64,000 nt of DNA from Bacteroidales bacterium UBA6117 (lineage in GTDB: Bacteria; Bacteroidota; Bacteroidia; Bacteroidales; VadinHA17): positions 21,499 to 85,498 of the forward strand of contig DIWB01000066.1 in assembly GCA_002428385.1 (NCBI GenBank), read 5' to 3'. Each line of letters begins with the position of its first letter. Positions within the stretch are counted from its first letter, which is position 1. Both the position numbers and the translations under genes were made by a program. This document shows positions 29,035 through 38,440 of the stretch, one piece after another. The notes beneath the pieces are model-generated. The model ran no database searches and was not told the DNA's origin. It saw only the letters and a list, made by a program, of their open reading frames with translations.

Positions 29035-29913
29035 TTAGTTTCTCCTGTCGGCGCCCCACATGAGCCTGTTCCTTAAAGTGCTGTAAAAATCGATCCCTTT
29101 GAGCATAACCGTTTTCAGTTTTTCATCCGACCGCGATATTACAATCTCCTCACTGAAAGGAAGTCTGTGCGATCTGAAGTCACATGTAGCCATATAATCA
29201 GCGCTCCTCCCTTCAACTACCATCCTGAGGTTGCTCTCCCCTGAGATCACAATAGGCCGGATGGTCAGATTGTGCGGTGATATAGGAGAGATAATAATGC
29301 TTTCATCCTCTGGCGACAGGATAGGTCCTCCGACACTCAGGTTATAGGCCGTGGAACCTGTTGCCGTAGATACTATCAGTCCGTCAGCCCAGTAAGTATT
29401 CAGGTAGGCATCATCAACATGAACGTGAATGGTGATCATGCTGGGGTCAGCTTTCTGGATTGTAACTTCATTAAGGGCGGTGGAATCGCCCGGCGCAAAA
29501 ATATCACGGGGTTTCCTGATCTCAAGGAGCGATCTTTCAATCACCTGGTATTCGCCGTTATGGAGAAGATCGATTGAATGCCCTATTTCATCCTCCGGTA
29601 TGTTTGCCAGAAAGCCCATCCTTCCCGTGTTAACCCCGGCAATAGGAATTCCGAAATCTCTCACTTTGAGCATGGTTTCAAGGAAGGTGCCGTCGCCGCC
29701 TACGCTGAGTACCAGGTCGGGCAGTTCCTTCAGACTGCCAAGGTCGTTAAACCTTTCAAAAGGTTCACTCTCCCCGCACGAAACAACACTGCCTGTATTC
29801 TGATGCAGGTAAATCCTTATACCTTTCCTGCAAAACTCCCCGATCAGCCTGTTCACTCCCTCAACCGTCCTGGGTTTGTTCTCTTTACAATAAATGGCGA
29901 CTCTCTCAAGCAT
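29035..29913 (-). CDS. nadK: NAD kinase
   Basis: 292 aa. VGGDGTFL and TGSTAYNLS motifs. Confidence 0.9.
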   Translation of the reverse strand: MLERVAIYCKENKPRTVEGVNRLIGEFCRKGIRIYLHQNTGSVVSCGESEPFERFNDLGSLKELPDLVLSVGGDGTFLETMLKVRDFGIPIAGVNTGRMGFLANIPEDEIGHSIDLLHNGEYQVIERSLLEIRKPRDIFAPGDSTALNEVTIQKADPSMITIHVHVDDAYLNTYWADGLIVSTATGSTAYNLSVGGPILSPEDESIIISPISPHNLTIRPIVISGESNLRMVVEGRSADYMATCDFRSHRLPFSEEIVISRSDEKLKTVMLKGIDFYSTLRNRLMWGADRRN

Positions 29914-29916
29914 GAT

Positions 29917-30582
29917 TCAGATATTCATGTATTTCATAAGAAGATCGAAGCGTTCCGAGTAAAATTTATCCATTGAATCGTCTGACGTGATCCACGTTTT
30001 AACATCATAATTGTACCTTTCAAACGTCCTGATTACCGAGGTCAGGTCATTTGTATTCACTTTAATGGTCACTTCCAGCTTCGTGGAGTCGGGCGGGGAA
30101 GTTACATACATGCTCAGTACCTTCACATTGTTGCCTTCCACAATCTGTGCAATCTGGGAAAGGGAATAATCCCTTTCAATGAGATCCAGAACAATTATGC
30201 CGCCCTGCTGATCCATAGAAGAAATACCTGCAAGATACCTGACGAGTTCCGACGTTGTTATTAATCCCTTATAGTGCATCTTATCATCAAGAACCGGAAC
30301 AACGCTGAGGTTAAGCCGTGAAGACAGCCCGATGACTTCAAAAAGATGCTGTTCGGTAGTGACGTAAGGTTTAAGGAGGGTGAGGGAATGATTACCTATC
30401 GGCTCTTCCGGCTGGTTCATGTCGTATATGTCGGTGTCGGAAATCAGACCGAGGAAATCGAGGTTATTGACTATCGGCAGATGAGAAATCCTGAATATTT
30501 CCATCCAGTTGAGGGCAGTCTGACCTGTATCAGACGTTCTCAACGCGGGTATCACTTCCGATATCAGATCTTTTGCAACCAT
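29917..30582 (-). CDS. CBS domain-containing protein
   Basis: 221 aa. Tandem CBS-like segments (HLPIVNN..FLGLIS..DI; VPVLDDKMHYKGLITTSELV). 3 nt from nadK. Confidence 0.7.
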   Translation of the reverse strand: MVAKDLISEVIPALRTSDTGQTALNWMEIFRISHLPIVNNLDFLGLISDTDIYDMNQPEEPIGNHSLTLLKPYVTTEQHLFEVIGLSSRLNLSVVPVLDDKMHYKGLITTSELVRYLAGISSMDQQGGIIVLDLIERDYSLSQIAQIVEGNNVKVLSMYVTSPPDSTKLEVTIKVNTNDLTSVIRTFERYNYDVKTWITSDDSMDKFYSERFDLLMKYMNI

Positions 30583-30639
30583 ATTTGCCGGCTCTCCTTT
30601 TTAATTTCACCTAAAGTTAGAAAAAAAAGAGAGTTGTTG

Positions 30640-30647
30640 TATTTTTG
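30640..30647 (+). promoter_or_regulatory. -7 box TATTTTTG upstream of pdxJ
   Basis: Exact TAnnTTTG, 35 nt before the ATG at 30683. Confidence 0.4.
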
Positions 30648-30682
30648 TATAAGATTACATACGCATAATCACCTTATTTATT

Positions 30683-31399
30683 ATGACAAGACTCAGTGTT
30701 AACATCAACAAGATAGCCACCCTCAGAAATGCACGGGGTGGGAACATCCCTAACGTAAAAACGGCTGCAATAAACTGTGAACTATTTGGAGCCGATGGCA
30801 TTACTGTGCATCCACGCCCCGACGAACGGCACATCAGATACAGGGATGTTCTTGAATTAAGACCTGTAATCAAGACCGAATTCAACATTGAAGGCTATCC
30901 GTCTGACAAATTCATTGACCTTGTCCTGGCTGTGAAACCCGACCAGGTAACCCTTGTGCCCGATGCACATGATGCCATAACCTCAAATGCCGGATGGGAT
31001 ATTCCGAGATACATGCTATTCCTGAAGGATGTGATCTCCACCTTTAAAAAGGATGGGATAAGAACTTCCCTTTTCGTTGACACAACTCCTTCAAATGTCG
31101 GAAGCGCTGCGCTGACAGGAACCGACAGGGTTGAACTTTACACCGAACCCTATGCCACCCTTTTCAACACCAATGCACCCGGGGCAATCGGACCATTCAT
31201 CGCCGCCGCTCAGATTGCACGCGATGCCGGACTGGGAGTAAACGCCGGCCACGACCTGAATCTTGATAATCTAAGGTACTTCCACCAGAATATCCCATGG
31301 CTGGAAGAAGTCTCAATCGGCCATGCCCTTATAGCTGACGCACTTTACCTGGGACTGGAGAACACAATCCGGATGTACAAAAGGCAATTGTCCGACTGA
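30683..31399 (+). CDS. pdxJ: pyridoxine 5'-phosphate synthase
   Basis: [25 protein letters not shown] and NAGHDLN signatures. Confidence 0.95.
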   Translation: MTRLSVNINKIATLRNARGGNIPNVKTAAINCELFGADGITVHPRPDERHIRYRDVLELRPVIKTEFNIEGYPSDKFIDLVLAVKPDQVTLVPDAHDAITSNAGWDIPRYMLFLKDVISTFKKDGIRTSLFVDTTPSNVGSAALTGTDRVELYTEPYATLFNTNAPGAIGPFIAAAQIARDAGLGVNAGHDLNLDNLRYFHQNIPWLEEVSIGHALIADALYLGLENTIRMYKRQLSD

Positions 31400-31407
31400 C
31401 CAGGCCA

Positions 31408-32211
31408 ATGAAGCTTTTCTTCAGAAAATATGGTTCCGGCCCGCCTCTCATAATCCTTCATGGCCTTTATGGATCATCCGACAACTGGGTATCGCTGGCA
31501 AAAAGCATCAGCGACAGGTTCACCGTTTATCTTCCCGATCAGAGAAATCATGGTCAATCACCACACAACGATGTTCATGATTATAGATCGATGAAGGAAG
31601 ATCTCTACGAACTGACCCAGGACCTCGGCCTGGAAAAGTTTTTCCTGGCCGGTCACAGCATGGGAGGGAGAACAGCGATGGCCTTTGCATTGAGCTGGCC
31701 TGAAAAACTTTATGGACTTATTGTTGGTGATATCCCGCCTGTTTCTACCAATGAAAAATACTCTGCTGCGTATTCCGCTCATTCGGAAATTCTTGATTCA
31801 ATCCTGTCGGTCGACCTTAAAGGAAAGAAGTCGCGCGAAGAGATTGAAGCCATCCTTTCACAAAAGATAAGTTCACCAGGTGTAAGGGGATTTATAATGA
31901 AGAATCTCAGGAGGCTGCCGGAAGATTCATTCGCCTGGAAGCTAAACGTACCTATTCTTAAACTTAGCCTGGGGGAAATAATCCGGGGGATTAAGTTGGG
32001 AAAATCCGATTACAGGGAAGTAAGCGGTTTCCCGGTGCTGTTTCTCAAAGGCGAGAATTCAGATTACATTGCCGAAAGCGATTATTCCGGGATCAGGACC
32101 CTGTTTCCCGGTGCAGAATTCGTAACAATACCCGGCGCCGGGCACTGGATCCATTCAGACAACCCTGAGGCAGTCAGAAAATCGTTTCTGGAACTCACAG
32201 GCAACAACTGA
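31408..32211 (+). CDS. alpha/beta hydrolase (esterase)
   Basis: 267 aa. HGLYGSSDNW oxyanion region, GHSMGG nucleophile elbow, C-terminal GHW(I)H. Confidence 0.8.
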   Translation: MKLFFRKYGSGPPLIILHGLYGSSDNWVSLAKSISDRFTVYLPDQRNHGQSPHNDVHDYRSMKEDLYELTQDLGLEKFFLAGHSMGGRTAMAFALSWPEKLYGLIVGDIPPVSTNEKYSAAYSAHSEILDSILSVDLKGKKSREEIEAILSQKISSPGVRGFIMKNLRRLPEDSFAWKLNVPILKLSLGEIIRGIKLGKSDYREVSGFPVLFLKGENSDYIAESDYSGIRTLFPGAEFVTIPGAGHWIHSDNPEAVRKSFLELTGNN

Positions 32212-32238
32212 TCAGAACAGAGTCACCGATTCAACCTT

Positions 32239-32280
32239 GTCCTCTTCTATTTCCGGCAGGTTCATGAACCTGAAGAGGAC
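32239..32280. terminator. nested inverted repeat between convergent genes (hydrolase / udk), possible bidirectional terminator
   Basis: Outer arms GTCCTCTT (32239-32246) and AAGAGGAC (32273-32280). Inner 16-nt perfect palindrome CAGGTTCATGAACCTG (32257-32272). No clear U-tract. Confidence 0.35.
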
Positions 32281-32405
32281 GCGTGCAACAGTCAGAACAT
32301 CCTTCCCTCAGTATCTGGTTACAGTGCGCGGCAAACAGCTTGCAGCATCGATTTCAGGTACATCGTCTATCGCCTGTAATACATTATGCATTAGCTGGTT
32401 GATGA

Positions 32406-33020
32406 TTATTCTTCCAAAAGATGTTTTTCGATAATTGAAACAAGGACCTCGATGCCCACCTGGTTGTCACCCCCGCCGGGAATAATAATATCGGCATACC
32501 TCTTTGAAGGCTCAATGAACTGCAGATGTGATGGTTTCACCGTCTCATGGTAACGTTCAAGAACTACCATCAACGAACGGCCACGCTCAACAATGTCGCG
32601 CTGGATTACTCTTCCAAGACGGTCGTCGGCATCAGCATCAACAAAAACCTTAATATCGAACATATCCCTCAGCCTGCTGTCGCACAGAATCATTATTCCC
32701 TCGACAATTACCACCCTGGCGGGCTTAACGGGGATCGTCTCCTTCGACCTGAGACATGTCAGATACGAATATACCGGCATCTCAATGGTTTGTCCTTCCC
32801 TGAGCTTTTCCAGATGATCGATCAGCAGAGTAAACTCGAGGGAATCGGGATGATCGAAATTGATTTTCTGCCTTTCTTCAAGAGGAATATGTCCATTATC
32901 CTTGTAATAAGCATCCTGGGGAATGACTACCACCTGTTCGCTGGGGAACTTCTCCATAACCTTTTTCACAACGGTCGTTTTTCCCGATCCGGTTCCTCCT
33001 GCTATACCCACTATCAGCAT
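32406..33020 (-). CDS. udk: uridine kinase
   Basis: 204 aa. P-loop GIAGGTGSGKTT and a DHPDSLE-type motif. Confidence 0.9.
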   Translation of the reverse strand: MLIVGIAGGTGSGKTTVVKKVMEKFPSEQVVVIPQDAYYKDNGHIPLEERQKINFDHPDSLEFTLLIDHLEKLREGQTIEMPVYSYLTCLRSKETIPVKPARVVIVEGIMILCDSRLRDMFDIKVFVDADADDRLGRVIQRDIVERGRSLMVVLERYHETVKPSHLQFIEPSKRYADIIIPGGGDNQVGIEVLVSIIEKHLLEE

Positions 33021-33027
33021 TTATTAC

Positions 33028-33035
33028 TATTTTTG
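33028..33035 (+). promoter_or_regulatory. -7 box TATTTTTG upstream of manA
   Basis: Exact TAnnTTTG, 38 nt before the ATG at 33074. Interleaved with the divergent udk box. Confidence 0.4.
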
Positions 33036-33052
33036 TCAATAATAAGATGTCT

Positions 33053-33060
33053 CAAAAATA
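33053..33060 (-). promoter_or_regulatory. -7 box TATTTTTG upstream of udk
   Basis: Plus strand reads caaaaata. 32 nt before the ATG at 33020. Confidence 0.4.
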
Positions 33061-33073
33061 ACAAATTGCACTG

Positions 33074-34075
33074 ATGTCGGAATTATATCCTCTGAAATTT
33101 GAACCTATCCTGAAAGAAAAGATCTGGGGAGGAAAGTCGCTTGCTGAAAACTACGGGAAAAAACAGGGAAATCTTAAAAATATAGGCGAAAGCTGGGAAA
33201 TCTCGGCTGTTTCAGGAAATCTTTCTGTCGTCAGCAACGGATTTCTTGCCGGAAACAACATTGAGGAGATTATTGAGGTATACATGGGCGACATTACAGG
33301 TGAATCGGTGTATGAAAAGTTCGGTTATGAATTCCCGCTGCTCATAAAGCTTATTGAAGCCAGGGATGACCTGTCTGTTCAGGTGCATCCGGGCGATGAT
33401 CTGGCCAGGGAACGTCATAATGCCTATGGAAAGACCGAATTGTGGCACATCCTTCAAAGCGAAAACGGAGCCCGCATATATACCGGTTTCTCCTTACGGG
33501 TATCACGCGAATCCTATATTGATGCGGTAAACACAGGCAGAATAGGCGAACTTCTGAATTCAGAACCTGCAATACCGGGAGATACTTTTTTCACCCCTGC
33601 CGGAAGAATACATGCTATCGGAGCCGGCATTGTCCTTGCTGAAATCCAGCAAACATCGGATATCACCTACAGGATTTATGACTGGGGGAGAAAAGATAAT
33701 GAAGGAAGACCGAGGGAGCTCCACACCGACCTGGCCCTCGATGCAATTGACTTTGCACAGACAGGAACGGGAAAAATCACAAATGAAGCAGTGTACAACA
33801 AACCTTCGAATCTTGTCAGATGCGAATATTTTGATACCAGTATAATAAGCTTCAGCACACGCATTAAAAGGGATTACAACCTGATTGATTCATTCGTTGT
33901 CTATATGTGCACCGGCGGCAGGTTTAAAATCAGCTGGGATTCCGGATCCGAAACGGTAACAAGGGGAGAGACAATTCTTATTCCGGCTTCAATCACCGAC
34001 GTTGAGCTTATCCCCGAACCCGATGCCAGTCTGCTGGAAATATATATAAACCAGAACGACCATAACAAACCTTAA
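33074..34075 (+). CDS. manA: class I mannose-6-phosphate isomerase
   Basis: 333 aa. PLKF.PILKEKIWGG N-terminus, LSVQVHPGD and TELWH cupin metal-site motifs. Confidence 0.8.
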   Translation: MSELYPLKFEPILKEKIWGGKSLAENYGKKQGNLKNIGESWEISAVSGNLSVVSNGFLAGNNIEEIIEVYMGDITGESVYEKFGYEFPLLIKLIEARDDLSVQVHPGDDLARERHNAYGKTELWHILQSENGARIYTGFSLRVSRESYIDAVNTGRIGELLNSEPAIPGDTFFTPAGRIHAIGAGIVLAEIQQTSDITYRIYDWGRKDNEGRPRELHTDLALDAIDFAQTGTGKITNEAVYNKPSNLVRCEYFDTSIISFSTRIKRDYNLIDSFVVYMCTGGRFKISWDSGSETVTRGETILIPASITDVELIPEPDASLLEIYINQNDHNKP

Positions 34076-34857
34076 TGAAAAGAATCATGGTAAAAGCTTC
34101 GAGTCACCTTCTAATAATGCTTTTTCTGCTGTTAGCGGCAGGATGCGGCAACAGGGGATCTTCAAAAAACGCCCCGGATGCTGCCAATGATAACACTTCT
34201 ATTCCCGATACCGGTTTCACCGGAATCAAGCAATATTTCAGCCGCGATGTACTGGTTAAGGAATCTACATTTGAGAATGGTATCCTCAACGGGGAAACAA
34301 AGACCTACTACAAGGGAGGGCAGCTGAATCAAACCTTCTGGTATGAGAACGGAATCCGTGAGGATTCGGCAAGGAAGTATTACCTCGAAGGTCAGGTTTT
34401 CCGTTCAACACCTTACAGGCATGACACCATTCACGGAACCCAGGTCCAGTACTATCGTTCCGGAGAGGTCAGGGCAAAACTGAGCTTCAACAAGGGACTG
34501 AGAACCCCCGGGCTTGAGGAATACGACAGAAACGGAAGATTGCAGAAGAATTATCCCGGGATAGTTTATACAATCGACGATAATTACGCGGCTTCAGGAA
34601 AGGTAAGGATCAACCTGGGCATTACCGATGAGAAAAGGAATGTGAAATTCTACCGTGGTGAGTTCGCTAACGGAGTCTTTGATACCGCAGTGTGCAAGCT
34701 GATACCGGCCGTGAACGGCAAGACCTGGCTCGATCTGAAGAAGTCGGGCACTCCCCAGCCGGCTTATGTTGGAGTTATTGCTGCCATACTTACCGATTAC
34801 GGCAACAATTACCTGACATACGAAAAGATTCCTCTTCCGTACAACGATCTGAAATAA
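34075..34857 (+). CDS. lipoprotein with MORN-variant (YwqK-like) repeats
   Basis: Lipobox LLAAGC. Repeated G..NG....YY..G pattern (NGILNGETKTYYKGGQL, ENGIREDSARKYYLEGQV). Confidence 0.55.
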   Translation: MKRIMVKASSHLLIMLFLLLAAGCGNRGSSKNAPDAANDNTSIPDTGFTGIKQYFSRDVLVKESTFENGILNGETKTYYKGGQLNQTFWYENGIREDSARKYYLEGQVFRSTPYRHDTIHGTQVQYYRSGEVRAKLSFNKGLRTPGLEEYDRNGRLQKNYPGIVYTIDDNYAASGKVRINLGITDEKRNVKFYRGEFANGVFDTAVCKLIPAVNGKTWLDLKKSGTPQPAYVGVIAAILTDYGNNYLTYEKIPLPYNDLK

Positions 34858-34870
34858 TACAGGCAGAAAT

Positions 34871-35476
34871 ATGATTATTCATTCAGCTTCATTTATCGGG
34901 AGCAGTACTACGATTGAACAGTGCCCGGAACCGGTGAAGCCTGAATTCGCATTCATTGGCCGCTCCAATGTAGGCAAATCAACACTGATCAACATGCTGA
35001 CCGGGTTTACCAGGCTGGCCAAGATATCAGGCAATCCGGGAAAAACAAGGACTATCAACCATTTTCTCATAAATGAGGCATGGTTCCTGGTGGATCTGCC
35101 AGGTTACGGCTATGCAAAAGTATCCTCCGGCATGAGAGAAAAATGGGTGAAATCAGCTGAACATTACATCCTTAAGAGAGAAAATCTTGCCTGCCTGTTC
35201 GTGCTTCTGGATTCGAGACATGAACCTCAGAAATCCGATCTTGCCTTCATGGAGTTCCTGGGAATCAATCAGGTTCCTTTTGCCAGGGTATTCACAAAAA
35301 CCGACAAGATTTCCGTGAATGCCATTGAAAAGACAATTAACAACCATAACAATGAAATGCTAAAGGTCTGGGATTCCCTTCCTCCCGCCTTCATCTCTTC
35401 GTCGGTGAAAAGAACAGGGAGGGAAGAGATTCTTTCATTCATTGAGGAAACTATAAAGAATTTCTCAAACGGGTAG
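34871..35476 (+). CDS. engB: ribosome biogenesis GTPase YsxC/EngB
   Basis: FIGRSNVGKSTLIN P-loop, DLPGYGYA, TKTDK. Confidence 0.9.
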   Translation: MIIHSASFIGSSTTIEQCPEPVKPEFAFIGRSNVGKSTLINMLTGFTRLAKISGNPGKTRTINHFLINEAWFLVDLPGYGYAKVSSGMREKWVKSAEHYILKRENLACLFVLLDSRHEPQKSDLAFMEFLGINQVPFARVFTKTDKISVNAIEKTINNHNNEMLKVWDSLPPAFISSSVKRTGREEILSFIEETIKNFSNG

Positions 35477-35495
35477 GGTTCTCGCAGGGAATTTA

Positions 35496-35503
35496 TAATT
35501 TTG
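35496..35503 (+). promoter_or_regulatory. -7 box TAATTTTG upstream of prs
   Basis: Exact TAnnTTTG, 42 nt before the ATG at 35546. Confidence 0.4.
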
Positions 35504-35545
35504 TAGTCTCAAAAACACAGTAGTAAACGTTCAAAAATACAGTAG

Positions 35546-36484
35546 ATGTACGGTAAGGCACCCATGAAGATTTTTTCCTGCAGAGCTTCGAGGCACCTGG
35601 CAGGAAAGATTGCGGCCGAACTGGGAATTGAGCTCGGAAAGAGTTCGGTCACAGAGTTCAGCGACGGAGAATTTCAACCATGTTTCGATGAATCCGTCAG
35701 GGGCGACATGGTATTTATCGTTCAGTCGACCAATCCGCCTGCAGACAACCTTTTTGAACTTTTGCTGATGATCGATGCTGCCAAAAGAGCTTCTGCATAC
35801 AAGGTAATCGCGGTTATACCATATTATGGTTTCGCAAGGCAGGACAGAAAAGACAGGCCGAGGGTATCGATCGGAGCCAAATTATCATCCGACCTGCTCG
35901 GGACAGCCGGCGTCGACAGGATAATCACAATGGATCTTCACGCCGACCAGATACAGGGTTTCTTCAATGTACCGGTTGACCACCTCTACGGATCGGCAAT
36001 TTTTGCTCCCTATATTGAAAATCTGAAACTCAGCAATCTGACCGTATCGGCTCCCGATATGGGAGGTTCGAAAAGGGCCAATGCGTATTCCAGGCATCTT
36101 CAGGCCGAGATGGTCCTTTGCTACAAACTGAGAAAGAGGCCTAACGTTATCGAGGAGATGTCGGTTCTCGGAGATGTGGAAGGCAGGAATGTTGTTATAA
36201 TCGACGATATGGTCGACACAGCCGGAACACTGGCGCTTGCCTCACAGAAGATCCATGAGAAGGGAGCCAAAAGCATCCGTGCTTTTGCCACTCATCCCAT
36301 CCTTTCCGGAAATGCCGTCAGGAGAATCGAAGACTCCCCGCTCACCGAACTGGTGGTAACGGATTCGGTGCCCTTTGAGAACAAATCCTCAAAAATAAAA
36401 GTACTGTCAATAGCTGAAATCCTGGCAAATACGATTCAGGCTGTCAATCTGAATCAGTCCATAAGTACGAATTTTGTATTCTGA
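35546..36484 (+). CDS. prs: ribose-phosphate pyrophosphokinase
   Basis: YYGFARQDRK, DLHADQIQGFF and IIDDMVDTAGT motifs. Confidence 0.95.
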   Translation: MYGKAPMKIFSCRASRHLAGKIAAELGIELGKSSVTEFSDGEFQPCFDESVRGDMVFIVQSTNPPADNLFELLLMIDAAKRASAYKVIAVIPYYGFARQDRKDRPRVSIGAKLSSDLLGTAGVDRIITMDLHADQIQGFFNVPVDHLYGSAIFAPYIENLKLSNLTVSAPDMGGSKRANAYSRHLQAEMVLCYKLRKRPNVIEEMSVLGDVEGRNVVIIDDMVDTAGTLALASQKIHEKGAKSIRAFATHPILSGNAVRRIEDSPLTELVVTDSVPFENKSSKIKVLSIAEILANTIQAVNLNQSISTNFVF

Positions 36485-36495
36485 ATCCTTTGTAA

Positions 36496-36503
36496 TATAT
36501 TTG
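36496..36503 (+). promoter_or_regulatory. -7 box TATATTTG upstream of rplY
   Basis: Exact TAnnTTTG, 78 nt before the ATG at 36582. This implies a ~70-nt leader. Confidence 0.35.
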
Positions 36504-36581
36504 CAGGCCAATTTTTTAAGTCTAACGTGTAATGGGGAGATGTTGTAAAGGCAGCTCTGAGTAGCACACAATTTATTTCCA

Positions 36582-37238
36582 ATGAAGACAATTGAAATCA
36601 AAGGTTCCATCAGGACCGAACTCGGGAAAAAAAGCTCAAGGAACACAAGGAAAGAGGGAAACGTACCGTGCGTGATCTACGGCAAGGAGCATAACGTACA
36701 TTTTCATACTCACGAAAACAATTTCAAGAATCTCGTTTACACCCCCGACGCCCACCTGGTCAATCTGGACCTTGACGGCAAGGAATACAAGGTGGTGTTG
36801 AAGGATATACAGTTCCACCCGGTTACAGACAAGATTACTCATGTTGATTTTGTTGAGATCTTTGATAAAAAGCCAATTGTAGTAAGCCTGCCCATCAGTA
36901 TATCAGGCGATTCAGTCGGTGTGAAGGCCGGCGGTAAACTCAGGATCAAGAAAAGACATCTTAAGGTAAGGGGTCTGGCCAACGAAATCCCCGAATCGCT
37001 CCCGATTGATATCACCAATGTCAAAATCAACCATTCAGTTAAGGTTGGTGATCTAAAATATGATAACATTGAACTGATTGATCCCAAAATCACTACTATT
37101 CTTTCAGTAGCCACATCGCGCGTTGTTGCCAAGGAAGGTACTGAGGGTGAAACGGCTGCCGGAAAAACTGAAGGCGCAGCTGCAGAAGGAGCCGCACCGG
37201 CACCAGCCGCTGATTCCAGGGAAGGAAAATCGAAGTAA
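36582..37238 (+). CDS. rplY: 50S ribosomal protein L25 / Ctc form
   Basis: 218 aa. N-terminal L25 fold (R...GK..SR..R..G.VP.V.YG) with an Ala/Glu-rich C-terminal tail. Confidence 0.9.
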   Translation: MKTIEIKGSIRTELGKKSSRNTRKEGNVPCVIYGKEHNVHFHTHENNFKNLVYTPDAHLVNLDLDGKEYKVVLKDIQFHPVTDKITHVDFVEIFDKKPIVVSLPISISGDSVGVKAGGKLRIKKRHLKVRGLANEIPESLPIDITNVKINHSVKVGDLKYDNIELIDPKITTILSVATSRVVAKEGTEGETAAGKTEGAAAEGAAPAPAADSREGKSK

Positions 37239-37267
37239 TAAAAAACTTCTCCTAACAGGCAGGCAAC

Positions 37268-37897
37268 ATGAAATATCTGATAGTTGGCCTGGGTAATATT
37301 GGCGATGAGTACAGCGATACCCGTCATAATATAGGCTTTACAATACTTGATGCATTTGCTGCTGATTTGGGGGTTACCTTCTCCGACAGGAGATACGGAT
37401 CAACTGCCGAAACCACATACAGGGGAAAGACCTTCATTCTTCTCAAGCCTTCCACCTATATGAATCTCAGTGGAAATGCTGTAAGATACTGGCTTAATAA
37501 AGAGAAAATCCCTGTTGAGAACCTGCTAGTAATAGTTGACGATCTCGCCCTCCCCCTTGGCAGTATCAGAATGAGACCCAAGGGAAGCGATGGAGGCCAC
37601 AACGGACTTGCCCATATAAACTCGGTTCTTGGAACATCTGAATATACACGCATCAGGATAGGCATAGGCAATGGTTTCAGAAAAGGCAGCCAGGTCAACT
37701 ACGTTCTTGGCCAATGGAACAAGGAGGAAAAAGAATTCCTGAGCGGAAGAATCAGTATTGTGATCGACATGATCAGGTCGTTCGGCACAATAGGAACAGA
37801 ACTTACCATGACTGCTTTTAACCGTACATCAAAACTTCCTGTCCAAAAGGAAACAAAGGAAGAAGGGAAAAAAGATCAGGAACCAAATGAACCCTGA
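37268..37897 (+). CDS. pth: peptidyl-tRNA hydrolase
   Basis: LIVGLGNIGDEYSDTRHNIGF and GGHNGL motifs. Confidence 0.95.
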   Translation: MKYLIVGLGNIGDEYSDTRHNIGFTILDAFAADLGVTFSDRRYGSTAETTYRGKTFILLKPSTYMNLSGNAVRYWLNKEKIPVENLLVIVDDLALPLGSIRMRPKGSDGGHNGLAHINSVLGTSEYTRIRIGIGNGFRKGSQVNYVLGQWNKEEKEFLSGRISIVIDMIRSFGTIGTELTMTAFNRTSKLPVQKETKEEGKKDQEPNEP

Positions 37898-38291
37898 ACC
37901 TGAAATATCAAGTGTTCGCATTGACAAATTCCTCTGGTCCGTCAGGCTGTACAAAACCCGAAGCATGGCATCGGATGAATGCAGAAAGGGAAGGATTATA
38001 ATAAACAATATCCAGGTAAAACCATCCAGGATCGTTGAAGGCAATGAGATAATTACAGTCCGAAAACCTCCTGTCACATACACCTACCGCGTAATCAAAC
38101 CAATTGAGAACAGGGTTTCAGCAAAACTGGTCAGCAATTTCATAGAGGACCTTACCCCGGATCAGGAAAAGATAAAACTTGAAATCAGTCATTCCGCTTT
38201 CCCGGGATTCAGACTAAAAGGACTCGGAAGGCCTACCAAAAAGGAAAGGAGAAATCTCGACAGATTTACTGATGATCGTGATTCCTGCTGA
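37887..38291 (+). CDS. S4-domain RNA-binding protein (Hsp15-like)
   Basis: 134 aa. RIDKFLWSVRLYKTRSMASDECRKGRI S4 motif. Overlaps pth by 11 nt. Confidence 0.7.
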   Translation: MNPEPEISSVRIDKFLWSVRLYKTRSMASDECRKGRIIINNIQVKPSRIVEGNEIITVRKPPVTYTYRVIKPIENRVSAKLVSNFIEDLTPDQEKIKLEISHSAFPGFRLKGLGRPTKKERRNLDRFTDDRDSC

Positions 38292-38440
38292 CATGGTGGT
38301 ATAAATACGTATTATTGCCGGTTGACATTATTAAATTACTCACCGTTTGAACTTTATACTGTTCATTTTTTCTAAATTGCGCTAATCTTAAAGGAAAAAC
38401 AAGGTATCATCCTCCCGGGATTTTGCAATTACCTGATTGT

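Noticed and set aside
32308-32310. Selenocysteine or other TGA recoding in the 59-codon frame between the hydrolase and udk.
   Set aside because: There is no Cys/Sec redox motif context. I saw no convincing SECIS-like hairpin immediately 3' of the TGA, since the nearest strong palindrome starts ~36 nt downstream. TGA terminates many genes in this window. A pseudogene or chance is more likely.
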